DNA of 64,000 bases from Candidatus Tayloriibacteriota bacterium (GCA_016215455.1 JACRJP010000002.1:87622-151621); one strand, 5' to 3'. Counted from the stretch's first letter, positions 10,518-20,175 are shown. Made by a program: numbers and translations. The notes: a model not told the origin generated them from the letters alone.

Positions 10518-11222
10518 CTAACGAAGGAGAAGGAGTGAGAGTACTGCGATAGCAGCCGTTTCAGCACGAAGCACCTGTGTACCAAGAGAGTATACAGGTG
10601 TTTTGTTTGCTCGGAACAACTCAAGTTCCTTTGGTGACCATCCTCCTTCAGGACCTATGTATACAGCAAAAGGACCTTCTGTAGGTACACCAGACGCTGA
10701 TGTGATAAAAGCACTGCCAGTTGGGTCAAAAGCAGCCTTAGGAATATCATAGTGTGTCAAAGCATCAGTAAGTGTCGCTATCTCATATAGGCGAGGCAAA
10801 ATAACTCTTCCTGACTGTTCAGAGGCTTCGATAATAATCTTTTTAGCTCGTTCGAAGTTAAGATCTTTCTTTTCACTTCTTTCAGATATAAGAGGAATAA
10901 CGCGATCAACCCCGAGCTCAGTCGCTTTTTCAAGAATCCACTCAAAGGTATCTTTCTTGGTAATTGATACAAAAAGATATACTTCCCTTTTGGTACTAAG
11001 AGGCTTTTGTTCTTCATGAGTAACAATTAAACGAGCTTCAGCACCTTCGATGTATTCAATACTTGCTGTATATTCATAGCCTGAATTATCAAATACTATA
11101 ACACTATCACCAGGGGCATAACGAAAGACTTTCTTCCATTGATGTATCAATTGTTCGTTATTGATAACAATATTCTTGGCATTTCCTACCGTTTCCTCAA
11201 TAAAAAATCTATGGAGTCGCAT
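10518..11222 (-). CDS. rsmE: 16S rRNA (uracil1498-N3)-methyltransferase RsmE
   Basis: Starts MRLHRFFIEE, the hallmark RsmE N-terminus. SPOUT fold with C-terminal glycine-rich motif. Start placed at the internal ATG 11222. Confidence 0.75.
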   Translation of the reverse strand: MRLHRFFIEETVGNAKNIVINNEQLIHQWKKVFRYAPGDSVIVFDNSGYEYTASIEYIEGAEARLIVTHEEQKPLSTKREVYLFVSITKKDTFEWILEKATELGVDRVIPLISERSEKKDLNFERAKKIIIEASEQSGRVILPRLYEIATLTDALTHYDIPKAAFDPTGSAFITSASGVPTEGPFAVYIGPEGGWSPKELELFRANKTPVYSLGTQVLRAETAAIAVLSLLLLR

Positions 11223-11312
11223 GTGCACAGTGTACACTGGAGTTTCAGACTCATCAAATACAAAATAAAAAACCACAACCCTAATCTAGGTTATGGCTGA
11301 AACAAGGAATCT

Positions 11313-12203
11313 CTACTCACAGATCATTCCTCTAAGAAAGTTCTCGACCTCACCAGCGTAGCCCGGAAGAACTGCGACAGTAATGTAAGGTGTCGGGACT
11401 GGTGCATGAGGAATCGCTGGATCACAATCATGAACCTCAAGGGTTTCAGGATTAATTCGGAAATACACAACACCGAGCGCTTTCGAGATGCCAAGAACTG
11501 GCACCTCATCCCACGGAGTGCTATGTGCTGGATCGAGGAGTAATATCGCCACCTCCCCTTTCCATAGTCGAGCAAAGAAAGTTCCGTAACTTCCGCCCAA
11601 AACTTCCACATCTTTGCACAAACCACCTTGGCTGTGTTTGAAAAGGATTTTTCGCACCTGACGTGAAAATTCTGTCGGACTCGTATTACTCATCACATAC
11701 CGTCTCGCCAGAGGCATACTGGTATCCGACGCTAAGACCTGATCGACGCCGAAACGGGTGCGGATCGGAACAGGATTCTCGGGATCGAAACCATAGATTT
11801 CTCCAGTGTTCACGTCTCCAACAAATCCTGCAACAATCTTACCGCCACGGACCACACCAACCATGGTACCGACGCCGTGCGATTGTCCTCGAGCAAACGC
11901 TTTGGTGCCATCGAGTGGGTCAATCGTAATATACACATCGTCATGAGGAATGGTGCATGGTCGCCGAAGTCCATCTTCTTCACCAACAAGGCCGAAGCCG
12001 GGCAAATATTTAGTGAAGTGAGTAATATAGACTTCTTGGGCTGCACGATCGGCAGTTGTAACGATGTCTTCGCGAACACCGTCGTAATGTGTCTTGGATT
12101 CAGCAATGAACGTAGCGGCTTGTTCGCGAATGACTGCGATTGCTTCGTGCATTGCTCTCCGAATTACCGGGCCAATCTTTTTGGGATCATATTCAATGTT
12201 CAT
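11313..12203 (-). CDS. Inositol monophosphatase family protein (IMPase / bisphosphate nucleotidase-like)
   Basis: Metal-binding motifs GEEDG and ITIDPLDGT(K)AF, plus a WDxxA-like segment. Confidence 0.7.
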   Translation of the reverse strand: MNIEYDPKKIGPVIRRAMHEAIAVIREQAATFIAESKTHYDGVREDIVTTADRAAQEVYITHFTKYLPGFGLVGEEDGLRRPCTIPHDDVYITIDPLDGTKAFARGQSHGVGTMVGVVRGGKIVAGFVGDVNTGEIYGFDPENPVPIRTRFGVDQVLASDTSMPLARRYVMSNTSPTEFSRQVRKILFKHSQGGLCKDVEVLGGSYGTFFARLWKGEVAILLLDPAHSTPWDEVPVLGISKALGVVYFRINPETLEVHDCDPAIPHAPVPTPYITVAVLPGYAGEVENFLRGMICE

Positions 12204-12387
12204 GTTCGTTTCCTTTCTATGTGTTCGTACCGATTATCTTCATCCGCTCTCAGAATATCAACCCTGTATGGATTTGTAATAAAAATATGACTGATATGTA
12301 AGAATCGACCAATACTATCTACATATAGATTGATATATAAGGCTATATGTGTAATAATATTATTGTAACTATTTATTACATATATAC

Positions 12388-13113
12388 ATGAAGAACTCAT
12401 CAGTACTCTCCTCTCTAGGTTTATCACCATACGAAACATCTTTATATCATCTTCTGCTCGATACAGGACCAGCATCACCAACCCTCCTACAGAAGCTTTC
12501 AAAAATACACAGACCTCTTGTTTACAAAGCTCTCGAAGGACTTGTCGAAAAACGACTTGTGGCTATTACAGTAAAAGGTAAACGAAAAGTATACATTGCA
12601 GAATCACCTGACAGACTCACTACCCTATTTAAACGTCTCGAAGAAAATCTTCTTTCTGAAATAGAAGAACTCCACACAGTTCATCAGCAATCAAAATCAT
12701 CAAAACCAGTAATTACATTCGGCGAAGGTGAAAGTGCTATTAGAAAGAGCTTCATGGATGTAGTTGCCACTCTCAACAAAAACGAAAAATATTATCGATA
12801 TAGCCCTGGTTACGATTTATTTGATAAAGAAAAATTCCTACCAAGAAAATATAAAAGTGTTCGTGATGCAAAACAAATTGAAAGATACGTAATCGCCAAT
12901 GAAGCAGTAAAAGACCATAAATTTGGAATGAATAAACAAATCAAGATGGTCCCCGCGGCATTTGATCTCTTTAATGACAGAATCGGTCAGGTGGTATATC
13001 GAGATAAAGTGACTATTGTTGATTACGAAAGCAAAACAACAATCACCATCCAACACAAGAAATTTGCTGAATTTCAAAAGAAGATCTTCCGACTCCTATT
13101 TTCAAAGCTTTAA
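12388..13113 (+). CDS. TrmB-family HTH transcriptional regulator
   Basis: N-terminal LGLSPYETSLYHLLL ... LVYKALEGLVEKRLV is the TrmB winged-helix signature. Confidence 0.6.
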   Translation: MKNSSVLSSLGLSPYETSLYHLLLDTGPASPTLLQKLSKIHRPLVYKALEGLVEKRLVAITVKGKRKVYIAESPDRLTTLFKRLEENLLSEIEELHTVHQQSKSSKPVITFGEGESAIRKSFMDVVATLNKNEKYYRYSPGYDLFDKEKFLPRKYKSVRDAKQIERYVIANEAVKDHKFGMNKQIKMVPAAFDLFNDRIGQVVYRDKVTIVDYESKTTITIQHKKFAEFQKKIFRLLFSKL

Positions 13114-13158
13114 AAATGTGTAATATTAGGTAACTAATTAATTTAAATACTTATTACC

Positions 13159-13728
13159 ATGCTTATTCCAACAGTTATCGAAAAAACAAACTTCGGCGAG
13201 CGAGCATACGACATCTATTCTCGACTTCTCAAAGAAAACATCATTTTCCTTGGTGGCCCCATCAATGATCAAGTAGCAAACATTATTATCGCTCAGCTTC
13301 TCTTTTTACAATCAGAAGATCCAAAGAAGGATATTTCACTCTACATTAACTCTCCAGGAGGGTCAGTAACTTCTACTCTTGCTATTATCGACACCATGAA
13401 CCACATCAAAAATGATGTCTCTACAGTCTGTGTCGGTCTCGCTGCTTCAGGCGGTGCTTGGGTTCTCTCTTCAGGAGCTAAAGGTAAGCGTTATGCACTC
13501 GAGAATGCTGAAGTTATGGTCCATCAACCTCTTGGAGGTGCTGAGGGTCAAGCTACTGACATCGAAATCAGTGCCCGCCACATCTTAAAGATGCGAGAAA
13601 ACCTCAATAGAATCCTTTCAAAAAATACAGGTCAACCCCTAGCTAAAATCGAGAAAGATGTTGAACGTGATTTCTACATGAATGCTGAAGAATCTAAAAA
13701 ATACGGCCTTATAGACAAAGTTCTCTAG
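13159..13728 (+). CDS. clpP: ATP-dependent Clp protease proteolytic subunit ClpP
   Basis: Catalytic Ser in GLAASGG, His in MVHQP and an Asp are present. 189 aa. Confidence 0.9.
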   Translation: MLIPTVIEKTNFGERAYDIYSRLLKENIIFLGGPINDQVANIIIAQLLFLQSEDPKKDISLYINSPGGSVTSTLAIIDTMNHIKNDVSTVCVGLAASGGAWVLSSGAKGKRYALENAEVMVHQPLGGAEGQATDIEISARHILKMRENLNRILSKNTGQPLAKIEKDVERDFYMNAEESKKYGLIDKVL

Positions 13729-13881
13729 GTGTTATATGCTTTGGACATTACTGGATTAATTGCGAAACCACGCCAATCCTAGTAACTCTTTGATGTAGAT
13801 CACCTTCAGTATTTCATCCACTCTCGAAACACCGGTTTACACTACAGAATTTGCTTGATTGCTACGTGGTTTCATTAAAGT

Positions 13882-15411
13882 ATGTCATTAAAAATAGTAG
13901 CGCTTCTTCTCTCCCTTGCAGGTGTTATCGGGGTTGGGATCGGCTACTATCTCCGCCTCATTATTTCCCTTGGAAAAAAGGGTTCGATGGAGCTCGAGAT
14001 TAAAGAAATGCTCTTAGGAGCCAAAGAAGAAGCGAAAAAAATAACAGCAGAGGCACAAAGTAAGTCAGAGAAGTTGATAGAGACAAGTAGAAGTGAGATT
14101 CGTGAAAAAGAAGAGAAGATAAAGCAGGTTGAGGCACGTTTAATCAAAAAAGAAGACTTACTTGATAAACGTCAGCAGGATATTGATAGAGAAGTAGAAA
14201 TTGTTAAGGAAAGAGTTGCTGAAATAAAAACCATTAAAGAACGCGCCGATAAACTCGAGGCGGATCGTCAGGCTGCACTCGAAAAAGCGGCAAATCTTAC
14301 TCAAGAACAAGCTCGAGCTGAAATTATCAGTACCATTGAGAAAAATGCAGCAGAAGATTTGTCAGTACGACTTCAAAAACTTGAGGTTGCTGGAGAAGAC
14401 GTGCTTGAAAATAAGGCAAAGGAAATTCTCGCAACATCAATCCAACGTCTCGCAAACTCAGTGGCAAGTGACATCATGTCAACGATTGTTCCCCTTCCTA
14501 ACGATGAGCTGAAAGGAAAGATAATTGGTAAAGAAGGTCGCAACATAAAGACATTTGAACGTATGACGGGAGTCGAAGTTATCATCGACGATACACCTGG
14601 TGCACTTACCATCTCTTCATTTGATCCTGTGCGACGCCAGGTGGCACGTATGGCTCTCGAAGAACTCATCAAAGACGGCCGTATACAACCAGCAAAGATC
14701 GAAAAGCTTGTTGAAGAATGCCAGGCGAATATCAATAAGATTATTAAAGAAAAAGGAGAACAAGCTGCATACGAATGTGGTGTTTTGAACCTTGATCCTC
14801 GAATTCTCTTGATTCTCGGCCGACTTCATTTTCGAACAAGTTATGGCCAGAATGTTTTGCAGCACTCAATCGAAATGTCACACATTGCAGGTATGATTGC
14901 AGCTGAAATCGGAGCAAACGTGAACGTTGCTAAGGCAGGTGCCCTTCTCCACGATCTTGGTAAGGCACTCGACCATGAAGTAGCCGGTACACATGTTGAA
15001 ATAGGTCGCAGAATTCTCCAGAAATTTAACGTTAGTGAAGATATTATCAAAGCGATGCAAGCGCATCATGAGGAATATCCTTACGAAACAGTTGAATCAC
15101 GAATCGTACAAACCGCTGATGCTATTTCCGGTGCACGTCCTGGTGCTCGACGCGACAGTATCGAAAACTATCTCAAGCGTCTTACAGAACTCGAGGCCAT
15201 TGCTAGTTCATTCCCTGGAGTTGAAAAATCATATGCTCTACAAGCAGGACGAGAAATTCGCATATTTGTTACTCCTGATAGTGTTGATGATTTTGCAGCT
15301 AAAAAACTTGCTCGAGACATCGCTCTCAAGATTGAAAAGGATCTTCGTTACCCTGGAGAAATCAAAGTCACGATCATTCGCGAAACACGAGCTATTGAGT
15401 TTGCGAGATAA
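13882..15411 (+). CDS. rny: Ribonuclease Y
   Basis: N-terminal TM, coiled-coil, KH domain (GKIIGKEGRNIKTFE) and HD domain (LHDLGKA...H). 509 aa. Confidence 0.9.
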   Translation: MSLKIVALLLSLAGVIGVGIGYYLRLIISLGKKGSMELEIKEMLLGAKEEAKKITAEAQSKSEKLIETSRSEIREKEEKIKQVEARLIKKEDLLDKRQQDIDREVEIVKERVAEIKTIKERADKLEADRQAALEKAANLTQEQARAEIISTIEKNAAEDLSVRLQKLEVAGEDVLENKAKEILATSIQRLANSVASDIMSTIVPLPNDELKGKIIGKEGRNIKTFERMTGVEVIIDDTPGALTISSFDPVRRQVARMALEELIKDGRIQPAKIEKLVEECQANINKIIKEKGEQAAYECGVLNLDPRILLILGRLHFRTSYGQNVLQHSIEMSHIAGMIAAEIGANVNVAKAGALLHDLGKALDHEVAGTHVEIGRRILQKFNVSEDIIKAMQAHHEEYPYETVESRIVQTADAISGARPGARRDSIENYLKRLTELEAIASSFPGVEKSYALQAGREIRIFVTPDSVDDFAAKKLARDIALKIEKDLRYPGEIKVTIIRETRAIEFAR

Positions 15412-15585
15412 ACTATACTTTTTGATGATTTCAAAATACTTTTGCATATTTAGCAATAGTGTTTTCTAATTCATAAGGCAATTGCGGCAAACTGTAGCCG
15501 TTATATAATGATTCACGAGGTAGGCTCTAGCGGAATCCCGTTAGATGTTGATTATTAGCGAGCGCAAGCTCAAATAAAGAACACT

Positions 15586-15858
15586 ATGAATAAAGCAGAT
15601 ATCATCGAAGCAGTGCACGCAGTATTGGGTGGTACAAAGGTACAAGCAGAACAAGCAGTTGAAGCAGTAGTCAACTCTATCATCAATACTCTTAAGAAAG
15701 GTGATGAGGTTTCAATCGCTGGCGTGGGTATCTTCTCAGTGAAGATGCGAGCTGCTCGAGAAGCTCGAAACCCTCGAACAGGTGAAGCTATCAAGGTTCC
15801 TGCTATGAAAGTTCCTAAGTTCCGAGCTGCTAAGGCTCTCAAGGACGCTGTAAAATAA
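15586..15858 (+). CDS. hup: DNA-binding protein HU
   Basis: 90 aa; MNKADIIEAV..., arm motif RNPRTGEAIKVPA. Confidence 0.9.
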   Translation: MNKADIIEAVHAVLGGTKVQAEQAVEAVVNSIINTLKKGDEVSIAGVGIFSVKMRAAREARNPRTGEAIKVPAMKVPKFRAAKALKDAVK

Positions 15859-15900
15859 TCAAGTCAGCGCACAAATAAGGCTCGACTCGAGCATTATTAC

Positions 15901-15929
15901 AAAAAACCACCATAAGGGTGGTTTTTTGT
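15901..15929. terminator. Bidirectional rho-independent terminator
   Basis: aaaaaaccaccataagggtggttttttg, flanked by A-run and T-run, between convergent hup and tRNA-Gly. Confidence 0.7.
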
Positions 15930-15969
15930 TATCTCTGTATTTTAAATAGGTAACCTTATACGAAACAGA

Positions 15970-16043
15970 TGGTGCGGGATGGGGGAATCGAACTCCCGAC
16001 AACAGTTTGGAAAACTGTAGTTTTACCACTAAACTAATCCCGC
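15970..16043 (-). tRNA. tRNA-Gly (anticodon UCC), CCA encoded
   Basis: Reverse complement gcgggattagtttagtggtaaaactacagttTTCCaaactgttgtcgggagttcgattcccccatcccgcacca folds as a cloverleaf. Anticodon loop is tttccaa. Confidence 0.8.
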
Positions 16044-16065
16044 ATGTGCACCAATATAGCAAAAA

Positions 16066-16410
16066 CTACTTGATTTTACCAGCCCCTTTCCCCTTCTTCT
16101 CATTACTCTTTTTTACTATCTCTACCAAAACATCAAAATCGTCTTCTTTATCAAGCTTTTTTCGACGGATACTACCACACTGAACACACTTGTGAATAAT
16201 GTAGATATCACCTGACATTGTCTCTGATCCTATAGGCTCCATAAGCCCTCCACAGACTTCCCTACGGTCACCAGGGTGAATATCAACATGCTTACTCCAT
16301 AAGCAATACGGACAGTGATTTGTATACCCACTCCCCTTCACTGACGCACCACATCGTCCACAGGAAAAATCCTCAATAGTTCTTTGAAAAAGTTTTGTAT
16401 CACTACTCAT
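16066..16410 (-). CDS. RNHCP-domain zinc-ribbon protein
   Basis: Contains CGRCG...YTNHCPYCLWSKHVD...CGG...HKCVQCG, matching the RNHCP-domain arrangement of paired Cys motifs. Embedded between tRNA genes. Confidence 0.55.
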   Translation of the reverse strand: MSSDTKLFQRTIEDFSCGRCGASVKGSGYTNHCPYCLWSKHVDIHPGDRREVCGGLMEPIGSETMSGDIYIIHKCVQCGSIRRKKLDKEDDFDVLVEIVKKSNEKKGKGAGKIK

Positions 16411-16425
16411 ACCAGATATTGATTG

Positions 16426-16498
16426 TCGGGGCGCCGGGATTCGAACCCGGAGTCACATGATCCCAAGTCATGCATGTTAGCCGTTACACCACGCCCCG
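16426..16498 (-). tRNA. tRNA-Pro (anticodon UGG), CCA not encoded
   Basis: Reverse complement cggggcgtggtgtaacggctaacatgcatgactTGGgatcatgtgactccgggttcgaatcccggcgccccga. Acceptor cggggcg/cgccccg. Confidence 0.75.
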
Positions 16499-17072
16499 AA
16501 TTAACCACAACATAGTAGCACACGCTTTGAAAAAACTCCATATTTTAAGCCGAGAGTGGTATTTTCTTCATGAAACAAAGAATACATGTGTTTGATAGAT
16601 ATATTTTAACCAGAACCGCCATAAATATAATCTCTCTGTCACTATCCCCTATTCAACAACACAGACCTGAATAACCATTTAAATTCATAGGCAGTATCTT
16701 CCCGTCCATAGTTGGTTTTGTACTTGATATCAAGCTTTCACCTTCCCAAGAATACGCAGTATCTCTTTGAATAACTGCAACACGGTCTAGTTTTCTAAGT
16801 TTACGGACAACTAGATTTTCTCACAATCACCCAATTTAACAGTCTATTTATTGATATGTTTCATGATTACCATAACTAGTGTTTCATGTGAAACAATTTA
16901 ATGTCTCTATTAAAATATGTCTTATTAAGGTTATTATGGCTTAACTAGGCTAAATAATTGATAAAATCGGTCTAAAATCCTTCTCAAGAGGTCACGATTA
17001 TAAGCCATTTTTTCTGTCTTTTATTCCCATAATCCCCAAGGTTATCCACAGTTTGGGGAATTCAAGACAAAC

Positions 17073-17102
17073 AAAAAGACCTTGTTTTAAGGTCTTTTTG
17101 TT
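17073..17102. terminator. Bidirectional terminator hairpin downstream of tRNA-Gly(GCC)
   Basis: aaaaagaccttgttttaaggtctttttgtt. Confidence 0.65.
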
Positions 17103-17126
17103 ATATAAAATCTATCCTTTCTTGAA

Positions 17127-17200
17127 TGGTGCGGGTAGAGAGAATCGAACTCTCGCCTCATCCTTGGCAAGGACGTGTGCTACCACTAAACCATACCCGC
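17127..17200 (-). tRNA. tRNA-Gly (anticodon GCC), CCA encoded
   Basis: Reverse complement gcgggtatggtttagtggtagcacacgtccttGCCaaggatgaggcgagagttcgattctctctacccgcacca. Confidence 0.8.
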
Positions 17201-17290
17201 ATTTCCTAGTATTTTGCTTTGAAACACCAACAAAAACAACGAAAACAGTATATAACCTAATTTAATTTTACACAATTCACCTCAACAAAC

Positions 17291-17365
17291 TGGTGCTCCC
17301 GGAGGGATTCGAACCCCCAACAACGGTTCCGAAGACCGGTATGATATCCATTTCACCACGAGAGC
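17291..17365 (-). tRNA. tRNA-Arg (anticodon UCG by manual fold), CCA encoded
   Basis: Reverse complement gctctcgtggtgaaatggatatcataccggtctTCGgaaccgttgttgggggttcgaatccctccgggagcacca. Isotype assignment rests on a hand-folded anticodon loop cttcgga. Confidence 0.6.
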
Positions 17366-17434
17366 ATTAAAAAATGCGTGTTTGTATCATACTCTAAGTT
17401 ATGAAAAAGTCCAAAGGTATACTAGAATAGTGCT

Positions 17435-18931
17435 ATGAATTCTACTGTAAAGGGAATAGGTGTGGAAGTACCGAAAGAAGTAATTACTGTCACCGAAACC
17501 CTAAAAAACAAGGGTTTTGAAGCCTATATCGTGGGTGGTTGTGTGCGCGATCTCCTTATAGGCAGAACGCCTAAAGACTGGGATGTAACTACAAACGCGA
17601 CTCCTGAAGAGATAATTACGGCTTTTCCTAAAACATTCTACGAAAACACCTTTGGTACTGTAGGAGTTGTTGATGAAAATACTACCGACGAAAGTTTGAA
17701 GGTGATAGAAGTAACTCCATACCGCCTTGAAACGGGCTATAGTGACTTTAGACGCCCGGATGAAGTAAAGTTCAGTAAACACCTCAAAGATGATCTTGAA
17801 CGTCGTGATTTCACGATTAACGCGTTAGCAGCGGATGTGGCTAATGGAAAAATTGCCAACATTCTTGATTTCCATAACGGACAAAAAGATTTAAAAGACA
17901 AAACCTTACGTGCGGTAGGGGATGCCAATGAAAGATTTCATGAGGATGCGCTTCGCAGCCTACGTGCCGTCAGAATAGCCACAGAATTAGGTTTCATGAT
18001 TAACAAGGAGACTGAGGAAGCTATTGTTACACATGTAACATTACTCAAACACATCTCTTGGGAGCGAATTCGAGACGAATTCAGTAGAATACTCATGTCA
18101 GACTACCCAGCTAATGGTATATTCTTGGCTCAACGACTTGGTATAATCAAAGAGATTGTACCTGAACTCGAAGCAGGAATAGGTGTAGAACAGAATCAGG
18201 CTCACGCTTTTGATGTATGGACACACCTCCTAAAGTCACTTCAGCATGCCGCTGATAAGAAATGGCCTCTCGATATCCGACTTGCGGCTCTATTTCACGA
18301 TATATCAAAACCTGAAACACGAAGATTTTCACATGAAACACAACAATGGACATTCTATGGCCACGAAGTAGTTGGTTCACGTGTAACACAGAAAATACTT
18401 GATCGACTCAAATACCCACGTAAAACAATAGACAAGGTTGTGAAACTCGTTCGTTGGCATATGTTCTTCTCAGACACAGAAAGTATTTCTCTATCGGCTG
18501 TACGTAGAATGATTGCTAATGTTGGCACAGAAAACATCTGGGATCTCATGAATGTTCGTATTTGTGACCGAATAGGGACGGGAAGACCTAAAGAAAACCC
18601 TTACAGACTCAGAAAATACCAATCAATGATCGAAGAAGCTCTTCATGACCCTGTTTCTGTCGCAATGCTCAAAATAGATGGAAAAAAGATAATGGAGGTT
18701 ACAAAAATAACACCGGGACCAAAAATAGGGCAGGTTCTTAATGCCTTACTTGAAGATGTCCTTGAAAATCCATCTCATAATACAGCCGAATATCTTGAAA
18801 ACACAGCCAAAAAACTGATCGAACTGAGTGACGAGGAGCTAAAAAAGAGAGGGGAAGCAGGAAAAGAGCTTCGTGAGGCCGAAGAAGAGAAGAATCTCGA
18901 GGAAATACGGAAAAAATACCACGTTTCATAA
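17435..18931 (+). CDS. cca: CCA-adding enzyme / tRNA nucleotidyltransferase with HD domain
   Basis: Head domain GGCVRDLLIGRTPKDWDVTT... RRDFTINALA, plus HD-domain His/Asp motifs. Lies immediately after the tRNA cluster. Confidence 0.8.
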   Translation: MNSTVKGIGVEVPKEVITVTETLKNKGFEAYIVGGCVRDLLIGRTPKDWDVTTNATPEEIITAFPKTFYENTFGTVGVVDENTTDESLKVIEVTPYRLETGYSDFRRPDEVKFSKHLKDDLERRDFTINALAADVANGKIANILDFHNGQKDLKDKTLRAVGDANERFHEDALRSLRAVRIATELGFMINKETEEAIVTHVTLLKHISWERIRDEFSRILMSDYPANGIFLAQRLGIIKEIVPELEAGIGVEQNQAHAFDVWTHLLKSLQHAADKKWPLDIRLAALFHDISKPETRRFSHETQQWTFYGHEVVGSRVTQKILDRLKYPRKTIDKVVKLVRWHMFFSDTESISLSAVRRMIANVGTENIWDLMNVRICDRIGTGRPKENPYRLRKYQSMIEEALHDPVSVAMLKIDGKKIMEVTKITPGPKIGQVLNALLEDVLENPSHNTAEYLENTAKKLIELSDEELKKRGEAGKELREAEEEKNLEEIRKKYHVS

Positions 18932-18952
18932 GAAACATACGGTAATTACAAC

Positions 18953-18992
18953 AAAAAAGCCCTTCTATCATTCGATAGAAGGGCTTTTTTGT
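18953..18992 (+). terminator. Rho-independent terminator
   Basis: aaaagcccttctatcattcgatagaagggctttttt. Confidence 0.7.
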
Positions 18993-19367
18993 TAATCATG
19001 AAACATATTTCAGATAAATCCCCATAAATAAACTAACCGCGCTTGAAGAACAAGAGTAGGAACAGTTCTTCGCACGCGGTTTTGAGAGAAATCCACGTGC
19101 TTGCCAAAAGGGGTTTAAGTAATTTTCTTCTAAAAAGAAGTGATTTCCTAGAGGGAAACCTAAAAATATACTTGTGAAGAAATACTTCAACCAGCCTAAG
19201 CCAAACAAGGGTTTTCAATAACTACCCACTACGTTGGAAAAGAGCTGGTGGACTAAATGTCCTATAGTCACCGTACCTCGGTGTATGTGACTTTTATCTG
19301 GGATTAGTATAGCAACTGTAAAAGACATGTAAAGGACTTACTGTGGATAAGTCACAATAAATGTCCT

Positions 19368-20135
19368 TTATTTTATTTCAAGAAGAATCGGGCAGTGATC
19401 AGAACCTGTAATTGTGTCCATAATATCAGCTTTTTTTACCTTCGACAGAATTTTGGGAGTAACAAAAAAATAATCGATTCGCCAACCAACATTACGTTCA
19501 CGAGCAAACGTTTTCATATCCCAATATGTATACCTACTCGTTGCGCGAGGGTTTAAATGTCGGAAAATATCTGTGTATCCATGACCAATAACTTCATCTA
19601 TCCATGCACGCTCTACAGGGAGAAATCCTGTGTTTTTCTCATTTTCTTTAGGTCGAGCAAGGTCAATTTCAGTATGCGCGGTGTTAACATCACCACAGAA
19701 TATAATTTCGTGACCTTTCTTTCGAAGAGTGTTGATGTATTTCAAAAAAGCATCATAAAACTTAAGCTTAAAATCAAGACGTTCTGGTCCACCACCTCCA
19801 TTGGGGAAATATGTATTAATAAAAACAAAATCTTTGAAGAAAAGGGCGAGGAATCGACCTTCCTGATCCAGAGCCTCTACCCCTAGACTATATTCAACTT
19901 TAAGTGGCTCTTCTTTTGAAAAAACGGCTACACCACTATAACCTTTACGCCCTTTTGAGTGGTCGAAAAAGGCATGGTACCCAGCCGGACTTCGTACACC
20001 ATCCTCGAGTTGATCTGGATGTGCCTTTGTCTCCTGAAGACAGAAAATATCGGCATTTTGTTGTAATAACCAATCAAAACCACCTTTTTTGATATTTGCA
20101 CGAATACCGTTGACGTTCCATGAGATTATTTTCAT
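19368..20135 (-). CDS. xth: Exodeoxyribonuclease III (AP endonuclease)
   Basis: MKIISWNVNGIRA start, ExoIII/APE1 family motifs. 255 aa. Confidence 0.85.
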   Translation of the reverse strand: MKIISWNVNGIRANIKKGGFDWLLQQNADIFCLQETKAHPDQLEDGVRSPAGYHAFFDHSKGRKGYSGVAVFSKEEPLKVEYSLGVEALDQEGRFLALFFKDFVFINTYFPNGGGGPERLDFKLKFYDAFLKYINTLRKKGHEIIFCGDVNTAHTEIDLARPKENEKNTGFLPVERAWIDEVIGHGYTDIFRHLNPRATSRYTYWDMKTFARERNVGWRIDYFFVTPKILSKVKKADIMDTITGSDHCPILLEIK

Positions 20136-20175
20136 GAAAATATCATAGCATATTTAGTCTAAAGTAGATTAAGGC

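Noticed and set aside
16707-16722. 16-mer catagttggttttgta also present at 25788-25803
   Set aside because: One exact 16-mer pair is roughly what chance predicts for 64 kb on two strands. It has no flanking similarity and does not look like a repeat-family member.
17053-17265. 70 aa plus-strand ORF
   Set aside because: It runs straight through tRNA-Gly(GCC) and its terminator, so it is spurious.
18996-19218. Overlapping 61-70 aa minus-strand ORFs in the intergenic region after the CCA-enzyme gene
   Set aside because: They are mutually overlapping and low-complexity, with no start context. The region is better treated as non-coding.
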